Assembly: GCF_902459465.1 (NCBI RefSeq)
Contig: NC_047074.1
Location: forward strand, 13,268,001-13,332,000
DNA from: Asterias rubens
Lineage: Eukaryota
Reading direction: 5' to 3'
Length of the DNA: 64,000 nucleotides
The notes under the pieces are model-generated. The model had not been told where the DNA came from and searched no databases. It worked only from the letters and a program-made list of their open reading frames with translations. A program made the translations under genes and the position numbers. Shown here in pieces: positions 35,001 through 45,900 of the stretch. Numbering within the stretch: the first letter of the stretch is position 1; each line of letters begins with the position of its first letter.

Positions 35001-38000
35001 CGTATCACTGTTCTCGTTGTAAGGTTGTTATACTGAGTTCAAATTACTTGTTGAGTGTCGATTCGATCAACAAATCCGAAATTCAAAGTTCTGTAAACTT
35101 GCTTGTTTGTTTACAGTGTAACCTAATCATTCAAAGGAAGGTTTTGCATTCCAGTTGTTTGTATTTATTTGATAATGATCGTTGTTGTATCAAATAAAAT
35201 AAACAAAGCATCAGTTCTGAGTTCATTGTTATTAAGTGACGTAAACAGAGCGTGTAATTTAAGGTCATTGTTTTAAGGGCAGCCTTTTGTGACGTAACTG
35301 AATCTACGCACTTCTCAGTCACGCGCCTTTTAAAAAGCAACGATCTTGCATCTCATTGGTTCAATAGATTGCTTTGAATATGCCTCTCTTAGTATAATTA
35401 TTTTATGCATGAACTACGTCACAATGCTAACCCATTTTGAGGCCAAGGGCACAGCCGGCCATACATATGCAAGTGGTGGCGCACGTGCGCCCATAGCCTC
35501 AATTTGGGCAAGGATTATGACGCCATCATACCTGCCAACTGTCCCGATTTTCCCGGGACAGTCCCGGTTTCTGAGTTTCAAAGACGCCTAAAATCGGGAC
35601 TGTCCCGGTTTCTCAGATTTCACGATTTTATTATTAAAAAGTAAGAAAATTGATGATGAACGGCTGAGAACAAGACTAGATGTATTTTAGACTTGCTGAG
35701 CGAACATGCATTTCATCCCAAAGTAGCCGTGTGAGTGAACAAGTACGCACGTGTAGAGGGAGATTCGTGTGGAGGACTTGTATCAAGTTTATTAAATCAT
35801 TTGTCAAGCATGTGGTGTGTGCGTGTGTGTGTGTATATCAATAAAAACAAATATTGTAAACGACTGATGAAGAGTTTAGTTGTATCATAGACTTGTTGAA
35901 ACATGCGCTCCCTCAAAAAGTGTCCGTTTAGTCCGTGCAACAACATTGTACGCGTAGAGAGATTCGTGGAGAGGACTTGTACCAAGTTTATTGTGTCAAG
36001 CCAATACATGCGGTGCGTGAGTGTGTGCGTGTGTACATACATAATACGTTATGCACATATTATGTAATTGCTTCGTCGACGACGTCGTGGTACAAAGGGT
36101 GTTGCGGTCGCCATTTTGTTAAAACCGTAAGTTGATTTTCAAAATGAGTGGCAGTAAATCGAAGAGATCCTGCGTTTTTAACGATAATTACGCCACAGAT
36201 TTCTTGCGCATTAAAAGCTCAACAAAAAGTAGGCATCACGCTTTCTGTGGCATATGTAGAACCGATGTGAGTATTGCTCACGGTGGACGGGGCGATATTA
36301 TAGTCGCCCACCTAAAAACTGCCAAAGAGGGAAACTTGCTTCGACACAAAATACAGTCCAGCCCTCCTAAAAGTAGCAAAACAATCCACATACAAAGGTC
36401 TACACCAATAGAAAGGTGGTGAAAAGCTGTGTTATCAAATAATAATGAACTAATGTGTTGTTTTTATGCAGTAGTTCCACATTCAAAGTTAATTTACTTT
36501 ATGTTAATGTTTAACCCCCAAATGACTCTGGAAGCTGTGTAGTTCTGTTAGCTTCCAGGGGGCACTGTCCCCTGCAATGCAGAGCCCCCTGGAAGAAAAC
36601 ACTCATTCACAGTACCCCGCCTTGGTGACCCCTGGACCCCGGCCAGGCTTGTCCCTATTTCTGGGCTTCGAATGTTGGCAGGTATGCGCCATGCATAATA
36701 TTAAGAGAGACGTATAATGGCCCCGCTTCTAAACATTTCAAACGCAGTATTTTAGTTTACTTTTATGACATTATTATTTTCAGATAAGAATGAGTGTGAC
36801 GACTGGGAGCGCAACGATTGCGAACAGCACTGTTATAACACAATCGGAGAGTACGCATGCGCCTGCAAGCCGGGTTTCATCTTAGCTCCGAATGGGCGGA
36901 ACTGCGTAGGTAGGTCTCATAGAGTTATATATAACTCTATGGTAGGTCTTTACAAAACCGATGTCAGTGCCCCCCCCCCCCAAAAAAAAAAAAAAAAAAA
37001 ATTGATTTGGTAATTACTCAAAATAACTGTTAAAGGCAGTGTACACTATTGGTAAATGTCAAAGACTAGCCTTTATAGTTGGTGTATCTCAACATATGCA
37101 TAAAATAATAAACCTGTGAAAATTTGAGCTCAATCGGTCATCAAACTTGCGAGATAGTAATGAAAGAAAAAACACCCTTGCCACACCAAGTTGTGTGTGT
37201 TTACATGGTTGATTTTGAAACCTCAAGTTCTAAACTTGAGGTCTCGAAATCAAATTCATGGAAAATTACTTCTTTCTCAAAAACTAAGTCACTTCAGAGG
37301 GAGCTGTTTCTCGCAGTGTTTTATACCATCAACCTCTCCCCATTGCTCGTAATCAAGAAAGGTTTGATGACAATAATTATTTTTAGTAATTACCAATAGT
37401 GTCCACTGCCTTTAACATAAAAAGTTCTCCCTCTGAAGATATAGTTTTTGAGAAAGAGGTAATTTCTCACTCAAATAATAAAATACTTCAGGCCTGAAGC
37501 CTTTTATTGTGCAACAAGGGTGTTTTTTTTCTTTCATTGTTCTCTTGCAACTTTGATGACCATTTTTTAGTCCAAATTTTATGTCATTTTTACGCATACT
37601 ACACCAAGTGAGAATACTGCTGACAATGCCAAAGGTGTCCGGTGTCTTGAAATCCCCTTGATTTGTCATCGATGTTCAACTTTCATCAATAATTCACGTA
37701 TAGTTGATTTTACTTTATACATCAAAAAATGAAGAAAATATAACCCTGTGAGATTTCAGGTATAAAGAACTGTGGAGGAGAGTACGGAGGCTACGAAGGG
37801 ACGTTTGTTTCTCCAGAGGGACCACCGATTAACTTCAATAGCACTCTGGACTGCGTATGGCGGATTCAGGTTGACCCGGCGTTCACGGTCTCTCTCAGGT
37901 ACTGTAGACCGCTGTGTGTTGAAGGTTACACGTTTCGACGCCCTTGTGTATATTTTCCTATTCCTAACCCTAACCCTTACCCTATCGTGTAAGTAACTAC

Positions 38001-40318
38001 GAGGGGTTGTCTGAACATGGGGTGACGGCCAATAGAGTAATAGCGTGTTGCAAATACCAAGTAAAAGGACCTAGCTTACTTTGTTATGGTCATTATACAA
38101 AATTACTTTTATGTTTCAGCGCTTGGAAACCCTGTAGCGTTGTATAAACGCATGGTATTGTTATTATTATCATGGAATAAATGCAAAAGATACTTAATGG
38201 CCTGACGTTTCATCCCTAGAATTTGTGACGATCACTTAATTCATATCGCATTCGCATGAAGTACACTGCAAAAACTGGGGTGTGAAACCGATTCTCGATC
38301 TGTATGTGATAACGCAAACCAAGTGTTAATTTCACCAACGATAAAGTAGTGGGGATAAATAACATCATCGTTTGTGTTGTCAAATAATGGATATCAGGAA
38401 GAATCAATTTAACATCACAGGCAGTGTTTGCAGTGTATGAACACCGGGCTTAAGACGGGCTTTAAGGTGAAGCATACTAAAAAGGTGAGCAATCACGCCT
38501 ACGGCCGCCATTTTGTTTTTCCCTTCCAGGATTAAACTATTGCAATGGACAAACAACGATCCCTGTGAAGACTACATTGATTTCAACGAGGGCCAGGTGC
38601 CAATGGGAGTTCACGTGCAAATCTGCAACAAGGACGAAGCACCACACGTCTTCCAGACAAACTCAAACACAGTGTGGATGCACTATCGCTCTGTCTGGCC
38701 GCATGGGGGCGCCTTCCAGGTGGAGTACTTTACGCGGGAACGGGAAAACAACAATGTCGAGTGTGGTGGTGTGCTTCACGGTACGACCAAACAATAATTC
38801 TCAAATCATACAGTACAAAAGGCAAAATATAAGCGATCAAGAAAAAATACTTTTTAAAAAGTCTCAGAGCTTTTTAAAGTAAGGGACAACTTTTCATTGA
38901 CTCTGCTCAACTTAATATGGGGAGTCCCTATGGCCGTCCAGTTATTCCCCCTCCAAGTCAAAACACCCCTACACTGTGTCTAAATTTTCCAAAAGTCCAA
39001 GCATCAATCTTGAAAAATTTCATTGTTTTAGTGTTTAGGGCCTATGTCTTCAACAACCCCAGTAAATTAATGTAAAGCAAGACAAATGTTCAAAAGAACA
39101 ACATAATCTACCTGTGTCAAGTAGATACACACATGGTGTCACCGCCAACCAAACAAATTATGTGTGATACCTCACCATGTGAAGGCTGAGAGTTAAACTA
39201 TTGGTATAAGTTTACTTTTACGTTCAAATAATTGAGTCCATAAAAATATTCATTGGTTTTACTTAACCATTTCTATGATTCGAGCCCACGACCTTTGTTT
39301 AAAGAGAGCAGTGTCTTGCCAATTATGGCCCTTTTCGAAACCACGTCTTCGGCTTTGCATTCGGCTTGCTTGAGGCTCCATTCTCTCGTCAGAAACCATT
39401 GGTGCGTATACGCAAAGCACGCGCAATAATTGTCAAAACAACCGATTCCAATATTCGATTCTATTTGTTTCTAACAGCTGGTTCGAGTGGCATAATAGAA
39501 TCGCCCGGTTATCCGTTTGCCTACCCGAATGACGTCAACTGCTTGTGGCAAATTACTGGACAGAACATCCGGTTGCAATTCGAGTCCTTTGAACTTGAGA
39601 AAGAGGACAGATGCTCGTACGACTACTTGGATATCCAAGATGGCGACGATAATGAACCGAGAGCTAGGCATATAGGAAGGTAAAAACTTATCACAAATCA
39701 AAATTCTCTAGTTATGGATCCAAGGGGCCCTCAACTTCATCAACATTGTGTCAAAGGGTGATAAAATTATACATAAGAGAGGATGGTGAAGACACTCTTA
39801 AAATCACTTTACACGTCACGAACAGAAAAAAAAATATTTAAGCTTGAGTCTGTTTTTGCGCTTGACTGCTAAGATACTTCGCTGTCTGAAATGTAGCACA
39901 GGGATATAAAAACAAAAATTGTAGCCTTTTGTCAACGCCTTCGTTGCTTGGGCAGCTTGGTAGAGCCGCGTTCCGAAGCGACTGGAAGTGGAGACCACGC
40001 ATGCAAGTCAAGATATATATAGTGGCAAGGCCACAATTGATGCGTGGTCTTCCTTCAAGTGGCTGCTAGGGATCGCAGCTCTACGAAGCTGTCCAAGCCA
40101 ACAAAGGCTTGACAAAAGGCTCACACACAAACTGTGTGATGCAATGTTTGACTTTAAATTTAACAACCGCCATTTTTTTTTTTGCCCAACGCAGGTTTTG
40201 CGGCAATAGAATTCCACCGAACGAAGTGACGTCATCTACCGGGGATATTTTCATCAAATTCCAGTCGGATGCATCTGTTCGAGAAGCAGGCTTCAGGGTT
40301 ATGTTCGAAGTGAATTAA
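20091..40318 (+). CDS. Tolloid/BMP1-like astacin metalloprotease: prodomain-astacin-CUB-CUB-EGF x3-CUB-CUB (~880 aa plus an unresolved signal-peptide exon)
   Basis: Fifteen in-phase exons: 20091-20408, 21198-21312, 22017-22230, 22888-23074, 23648-23797, 26361-26567, 27389-27538, 27997-28212, 28778-28900, 29775-29900, 36784-36909, 37760-37898, 38530-38780, 39478-39679, 40195-40318. Motifs: furin site [23 protein letters not shown], zinc motif [19 protein letters not shown] (from 22099), Met-turn SVMHY, three cbEGF exons (DINEC, DIDEC, DKNEC). Confidence 0.95.
23444..23483 (+). ncRNA. Degenerate minimal hammerhead motif, copy 2 (same family as copy 1)
   Basis: ATC-CTTACGA-T-GACCTG-agcaga-CTAGTC-GAAA-CGTT-GAG, with spacing identical to copy 1. 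Confidence 0.5.
24444..24826. mobile_element. MITE family A copy with its 3' end interrupted by another MITE
   Basis: Starts TTAAAGGCACTGGACACTATTGG; consensus body. Confidence 0.8.
25242..26095 (+). repeat. 366-bp tandem duplication ending in 40-bp subrepeats
   Basis: Units start at 25242 and 25608. TCCTTGACGAATTAGGAATCCG recurs at ~25578, 25980, 26020 and 26060. Confidence 0.9.
30005..30362. mobile_element. MITE family A, inverted copy
   Basis: Consensus body on the minus strand; TTAA ends. Confidence 0.75.
30463..32313 (-). CDS. Intronless orphan protein (~616 aa; N-terminal coiled coil, long acidic/Ser-rich disordered middle, helical C-terminus), nested antisense in the tolloid-like intron
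   Basis: 1851-nt uninterrupted frame from the first ATG (32313, MGQDVMPSG) to the stop at 30463, in a window where non-coding ORFs rarely exceed ~110 aa. Composition is GC/CpG-rich and coding-like. A candidate 5'-UTR acceptor (CTTCTTACAG) lies just upstream at ~32365. Confidence 0.8.
   Translation of the reverse strand: MGQDVMPSGLASPSLPHIPPRQQVFIPGLYSDVELRLDRVDSGIDALRRRVRDFDGLLDGQIRRCESAEDRVRTLRDDFSRIDREITEMSAELNSTFDNGDNETVEDQLEYECNIQVSTRNSLRPDSLRTDQEQIITNSADFVQNQEDLSSPVSNRTNTHGVTIRINAEPEPEESTPPSGCDIENDRQSTTCNREQSPIRSIDNSGSLIHQENNLVSIGVICNVNEPTEVPAGSSECSRCVSDAEQQLLDMAKDLTEFRREVPSSTRIDNSADDCWLEAQFSHEKEGGERVQETRKEKHLNKVTSADAATRNASEEYAAFDSYVQEIIKRHSSEKCDDVVESEENLKAGNSSENTDQHLCHDDSQSPAGNADEKQSDCRRDDVNRSSQNGVRLAEVTIDSQQCDGQVPDSPDLTSSTTLTADEYNADEATHISEPCHNHESRSASQSSHNRRRQTSGKRNKCANIQFKHRGRRASRGPHCCLRNVLATYVHRFLELLHSRVTKEVKKGSKGKKHHSGSERRHHVSNDDIVRARDAVFDRIGLTVPSLEVLLKFDQDNQECVDHAQIDPVYVTDDEVHKLLVLMGTSWHTMNDRLHENDRAFRVAIATVHADSHQAE
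33649..33981 (-). CDS. Small predicted coiled-coil protein (110 aa) with a basic KRRKR patch, nested antisense in the same intron
   Basis: True ATG directly after a (CAT)n run; GC3-rich codons over the first ~90 aa; helical sequence [46 protein letters not shown]. No family recognised. Confidence 0.5.
   Translation of the reverse strand: MSRVEWDATEARFKAAMEKMELVIGEYASFQKALDEEENFLAKRRKRLRHARAFFASISQAVSETRKDLENLRYLAYKSFFRMFDADRLWPKSINNDISKCIYFVLVDTN
34272..34620. mobile_element. MITE family A copy
   Basis: TTAAAGGCAGTGGACACTAT ... ATAGTGTCCAGTGTCTTTAA. Confidence 0.85.
35527..36686 (+). mobile_element. Internally deleted hAT-like DNA transposon retaining a zinc-finger N-terminal fragment
   Basis: TIR CATACCTGCCAAC / GTTGGCAGGTATG with CGCCAT repeated on both flanks. 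Residual [17 protein letters not shown]...[20 protein letters not shown] (from ~36145). Confidence 0.85.
37030..37415. mobile_element. MITE family A inverted copy nested inside another family A copy (host ~37004-37650)
   Basis: The host sequence AAATAACTG-TTAA|TTAA-CATAAAA is split, with TTAA duplicated. Confidence 0.85.
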
Positions 40319-40798
40319 AACAAACAATGTCCACAGTAAATGGATGCCTGCCACCAAAGGGATCAGGCTACCGGCGGCTGGTTTCAGGCTCCTCTAAGTC
40401 TTCAAGTCAAGCTTTTTAACCTGCACCCTAGTTCTGTTGGATTTTGTCAATTTTTTGTGCCAATGGGAGACTTTCTGGGACGAAAGAGGCCAGCAGACTT
40501 ACCGGGTAAATCCCATTATTATATATAACTCTATGGTAAATCCATTGTTCTCAGAATTATGCGCATGTTCAGAACTACGTATAAACAATGTAAATTTACC
40601 CGATAAGTCTGCTGCCACCTAGCGTTGGAAAGTCTCCTATTGTCCCCCATTTTATTAATTTTATTTCTCCACTTGCACCTTCGGTTGTGACGACGCCACG
40701 CTGAACCATCCCAGTATTATAGCCACATGTTGTGCTGCAGCAGACTGGGGGATCACCTTACTCAAGACAAGACTCTAGATGGAGTAAAGACGCCCCCA

Positions 40799-41187
40799 TT
40801 AAAGACAGTAGACGCTATTGGTAATTGTCGAAGACTAGTCTTCATAGTTGTTGTATCTTAACTATGCATAAAATAACAAACCTGTGAAAATTTGAGCTCT
40901 ATTGGTCGTCGAAGTTGCGAGATAATAAGGAAAGAAAAAGCACCCTCGTCACACGAAATTGTGTGCTTTTAGATGGTTGATTTCGAGACCTCAAATTAAT
41001 TCTAAATCTGAGGTCTCGAAATCAAATTCGTGGAAAATTACTTCTTTCTCAAAAACTACGTCACTTCAGAGGGAGCTGTTTCTCACAATGTTCTATACAA
41101 TCAACCTCTCCCCGTTACTTGTAATCAAGAAAGGTTTTATGATGATAACCAGTTTGAGTAATTACCAATAGTGTCCACTGTCTTTAA
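40799..41187. mobile_element. MITE family A, inverted copy
   Basis: TTAA flanks, TIRs and the internal palindrome are present. Confidence 0.85.
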
Positions 41188-41192
41188 GCTTT

Positions 41193-41232
41193 CTCTTGAA
41201 GACGAGCAGAGTATACTGTTCGAAAGGTCGTG
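41193..41232 (+). ncRNA. Degenerate minimal hammerhead motif, copy 3 (different family)
   Basis: CTC-TTGAAGA-C-GAGCAG-agtata-CTGTTC-GAAA-GGTC-GTG; 6-bp helix II with the same geometry as copies 1 and 2. Confidence 0.45.
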
Positions 41233-42984
41233 ACAGACCAAACCGGCTTCAGAGCCAACACTCATCCAAAAGAGATTTTATTTCATGGTTGTACCCGCAA
41301 GTTTTATTATTACAGTTTATGCTTACGCCCTGGTTGTTGTTAGAAATAAAAAGATTAGATCATCCTTCTTTGTTAGTTTTGCAATTCAAATAAAGCAAAG
41401 TGGTTTGCCATACAATACTTCCCAACGCCATTAAAATGCCATTAAAATGATGTTTGTTGCTGCCCTTTTCTGAAAACGAAATTTTATTGTTTGAATGTAA
41501 GCCAGATGTTGTTGACTTCCTCGTTATTGTTTTGATGAATCAGATTAATAGTTAGGCCTAGTATTACCGTTTTGTTTGTTGTGGAAATTTAAAAAAAATA
41601 GTCCTCACAGAGAAAAGAACAAACAAAATCAAACACTTGAACAGTAATTTTGTTCCAACAGAATAATAATCGTTTCATGTGTTTTAACTGACTAACAATA
41701 AATATGGAAATAAACTACAACCTTGTATAAAAATAATGAGTAGGCCCTATCTAGGCCTAATTGTTATATTGGAGTCGTTGTTACAAAGGCGCGGGTAGAG
41801 GATCATGTACAGTCGTAAACTCGTAGAAGACGGTTTCGACAACCACACATGGTGCAATGTGAGTTCATGGTAAGGTATTGAGAACCAAAAGTAAACAACT
41901 CATTTACCCCCAAAATCTGGTATAGAGTAAAAACAAAATTAATATGCTCGAATACATTTCAAAATATTAATTTTTCTGCAATCAGACATTCGGATTTTTA
42001 TAGTCTATAACGGCGGCCCGAAAGTGTACAACGCAAAAAAATGTCCATAAATTATTTCTACTAAGAAGCAGAACAGTTGATAAACATTATGAGGAGCAAA
42101 TCGAATTTCAAAATGTCTGCTAGCAGAAAATTTGGATGAACGTTTAGGACCAATCCCTGGTGGTGACAGAATCTCCGGCCGGACAGATTTCTCTTGGACA
42201 GACAACAGCCGTCAATAAACAGCCGCCGGAATTTTCCTGAAGACTGGCTGCTGACTAACTATTGAGGGCGCTGTCTTTAGTGATCACGACAACAACAAAC
42301 GATGGCGAAAACAAACTTCGATCTACAATCAGTGTGGTAAAAAAACACCCAAATACGACATAATGCCCGTAAGTATTCTCAGTAAAATACGCTAGATTAT
42401 CAAATAAAGAAACAGGGTTAATCAATTCGTGGGATAACTTTTCAATAAAAAGTAGAAATGTGATCGAAGAACAAAGTTTTATTTTGTTTAGTTTCATAAT
42501 TTAATTTAAAAGTGATAAACATCCACTTCGTTCGATTCGAGAGATCGTATTGTTGTCCCAATCTGAGATCATACAGATATGAACCCTCCATGACCAGGGT
42601 GTGCACTGCATGGTTTACAGCCCAAACTTGTCCCCACAACAGCCAGGCTTGATCATGGTTTGAGCCATGTCGATTTAGAAAATCTTGGTTCAAAAATTAA
42701 GCACAAGCTTTGTAAATAAATGAGACCATAGAGGTAGAAATAGATTTCTACCTCCATGATGAGACCTGCTGACAATTAACATGCCTGAACTGCTGAACTG
42801 AAACAGTCCCAAGTCAGCGGTCCAGCTTGCAAGTTGAATGTTGAAAAGAACTCATAGAATTTAGAAATATGGACAATCTTGATGACTAGTGAGCTGACAA
42901 GCTAACAGTAACTGGTTCTGCTTGCTAGTCACTGAAAAAGTTAATAGCTAAAGTTAATTGACACCAACCAATTTGTTTTCCCAG

Positions 42985-45900
42985 AGTCACAGAAATTCAG
43001 GAGGTGGGAAACTATTGAGAAGACCACTGTCCCCAAGGACACCACCTGCTCCAAAGACTGGAGCCCCTGCCCCTGCCACAACCAAGAGAAGCAGTCACGG
43101 ATATCTTCAAAGCAAAAGCCTGCCCTCATTGGCAAGTCTTAGTCAGGATGAAGGCGATGACTTCGAGGAAGAGGAGTTGCTCTTTAGAGGTCGTGACCTC
43201 ACCCCGGTCCCAAGCGTTGTACCTTCACTAGCCTCAGAGTTTCAGGAGACTCAGTTTGCCCCTCAGAACACGCCGAAGATCCCGCTGAAGCCTTTGACGT
43301 CACGATCCCACCGATCCCACTCTGGTCCTGTGAACTCGCCCCGACTCCCAATCAGCAGGAGTGACTTGAAATTCGTCTTAGAGTCCAGGTATAAATTACA
43401 CCGGAGTGGCTCGGCGGAGACGTTCCAACCCGGATCGTTGGTTAAACCGTACAAGCCTCGCGGACGGGATGGTTTCCCACTGCGCATTCCGCGTCATATT
43501 CCTGAAGTTAAGAAGGAGTTTCTGTACCTTGATCATGAACATCTTAGATATCAGCTTCCTCCAGATTTCACACTGGAAGACTTTCAGGCTCAGTTTGCAC
43601 CCTATGGGAGACCCTTGCATCGAGACAAATTAAAGAAGGCTGTACTGTCAAAGCAGAACTTCAAGAAGATGACAACTTTATTTGCCTCCTTTGTAGATGT
43701 GCCTCTCCAGGAAAAGATCAACGTTATGGAACTTAAAGGTAATATTAACACTAACAGAGGATGTTTTTCTGCAATTAGGGTTTCAATTTAGACCAAGCCA
43801 AACTCTGCAGGTGTTACTTATTAAAATACTCTTAAAATTCTATATTTCACTAATTTATTTAAGATATCTTTGTGCGTGTTCCATATTGAGAGACTTTGAT
43901 ACTTTTAAAGAAAGGGTCATTGAACTTTTTCGTTTAACATTGGGTGCGTTCGTTTAGCTTCCCTGGGTCGCCCCCGGTCTGCCCCGGTACGTTCGAATAG
44001 CTTTGATGGGGCTCAACAGGGTCAGCCCCCAGTGCCCTGCTTGTGGAGTGGGTCACTTGGGGGTGACCTGATGTGCATGCTGTCACCACGAGAGGGTTAG
44101 TGTGATCGTTCGATTAGCTCTTGTCAGGGGCTCATCCGAGTGAGCACAGCGGGGTCGACCCATGGAAGCTAAACGAATGCACCCATTGTGTTCATTTAGA
44201 GAACAAATTATAAAGAAAGATCCATTAAAAGTCATATGTGAGAGTTTGAGTTGAATACAGAGCCAACTTTCTTAGAAAACAGCAAAAAGCTGTGTTGTAC
44301 ATTCACAAGAGACTGTTTGCGAACAGATGGACAGCAACCTTGCCAAATTTGAGAAATAAATTCATGCATGAATCATTTCTCAGATTCAAATTTTTTTTGC
44401 AGTGAACAATTTTCAAAACCATATTACTTCAAACAACCCTTATTCAAAACAGTGCTTTTACCAAGTAAGTTTTTATAGTCATTAATTTTTACTAAGTTTC
44501 ACTTTATTAATGTTTTTCTTAACCAATGTCAGGTGAGGATATTCCAGAGCAGATACCAAGAGTTCCACAACACCAGCTCCTTATCGAGATGGCTTGCATC
44601 ATCCGTCAGCAGATGAGGAACATGATCAATGAGGAGATGATCGGAAGCATGCCTGGTACCCTGGAGAACATGTCCACGGCACTGACTCCTGCAATGGCTG
44701 CCTTGACTTATGATCAGGCGGAGTCTGCGTCGAGTGCACTGGCAACAATGTCAAGGTGAGATCAGGGGGTGATTTCACAAAGAGCTAAGATTGATCTTAA
44801 CTGCAAGTCAATCGTGGTTGCTAAGTAAAGTGTGATGTCACAATACAAATCGCTATGGTAATACTGAATATTTGTCTAGCATCAGTGTTGTAGCCACGTT
44901 GGGTGGTGCTGGGCTAAGCAAAACAAATGGTGATGCCCAGCACAGATTTTCCCTAGAACAAATCAAAATATTGTCCACTGTGCATTGATCTGAGACACAG
45001 CTAATGATAAGGAACATCAAATGTCGAAGAGAAAAAACACAGTCAAAAGTACATTAAATCACTGAAAAACTTCATGTATGTGATCAACTTGTCGAAGTAA
45101 ACAATTTAAATTTTTATCAACAGACACGGAGGCACAGGTAGAGAGGCAATGTTCAGCGTGCCGGTCTCAAAATACTTCCAGGGATCCAGACGAAGCAATT
45201 CTCCCTTCAGTAAGTTTGAAAGAATAGTAGGAAGATGTTTGTGACCCTTTGGTGCTCTTATTACCCAAGTCAAACCCAAGTCTCGACACTCATGGGGTGA
45301 CAGGTCTTTTTCTTCAGCCGCGCCACGCATCTGGAACTCTCTACCACTTAATCTTAGATCTTGTCTTTGTACCACAAAATTCAAATCTCTTCTCAAAACT
45401 TCAGATAACATTAAAAGGGTAGGATTCTCCTTGTTTAATGTTTTAGCACAATCTGTGGCCGATGATCTTTGTGGTTAAACAGTTCTTTTATGTCTTGTTT
45501 TCTGTTGTTTGCAGATGAGGATGATTCTTCCACCATCACACCATCAGAGCTTGCAATACTTGACTGCCTCGTCAATGGCGGACTAGCCCTCAGCCTCAAG
45601 GTACATCTTTGTCTTTCAAAACACTATGTTTTTACACAGTCATAATCCAGTATATGTAAACTTCGTTCGTCATCACAACATCTCCTTGCAGTACACACTT
45701 GTAATGCGTACCTATGGAGACTGATCCTTTGTGGTTTCAGCTCCAGCTCCAAGGAATTCTCTGCCCTTGACTATCAGGACTACATCTTCCCGCTATGATT
45801 TTAAGAGGGCCATAAAGACACACCTTTTGTTAAAGTAGTGTTACTATTCTTGTTTTGATGTGTCGTTGTGCCTGTAGTGGTGGTATTTGTCCTCTTTATA

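Noticed and set aside
36132-36422. Functional zinc-finger gene or transposase
   Set aside because: Only ~60 aa of homology before the frame degenerates, within a 1.16-kb deleted element with no catalytic domain.
37124-37399. ORF-track proteins from MITE bodies (also 10869-11174, 34380-34577, 40959-41171, 17852-18085)
   Set aside because: The same pseudo-peptides ([18 protein letters not shown]) recur because the non-coding MITE is repeated; there are no transposase motifs.
42302-42336. MAKTNFDLQS as the definite first exon of LRRC63
   Set aside because: The strong donor gives phase 2 and creates a TGA; only a weak GTGTGG donor fits phase 0, so it was left unresolved.
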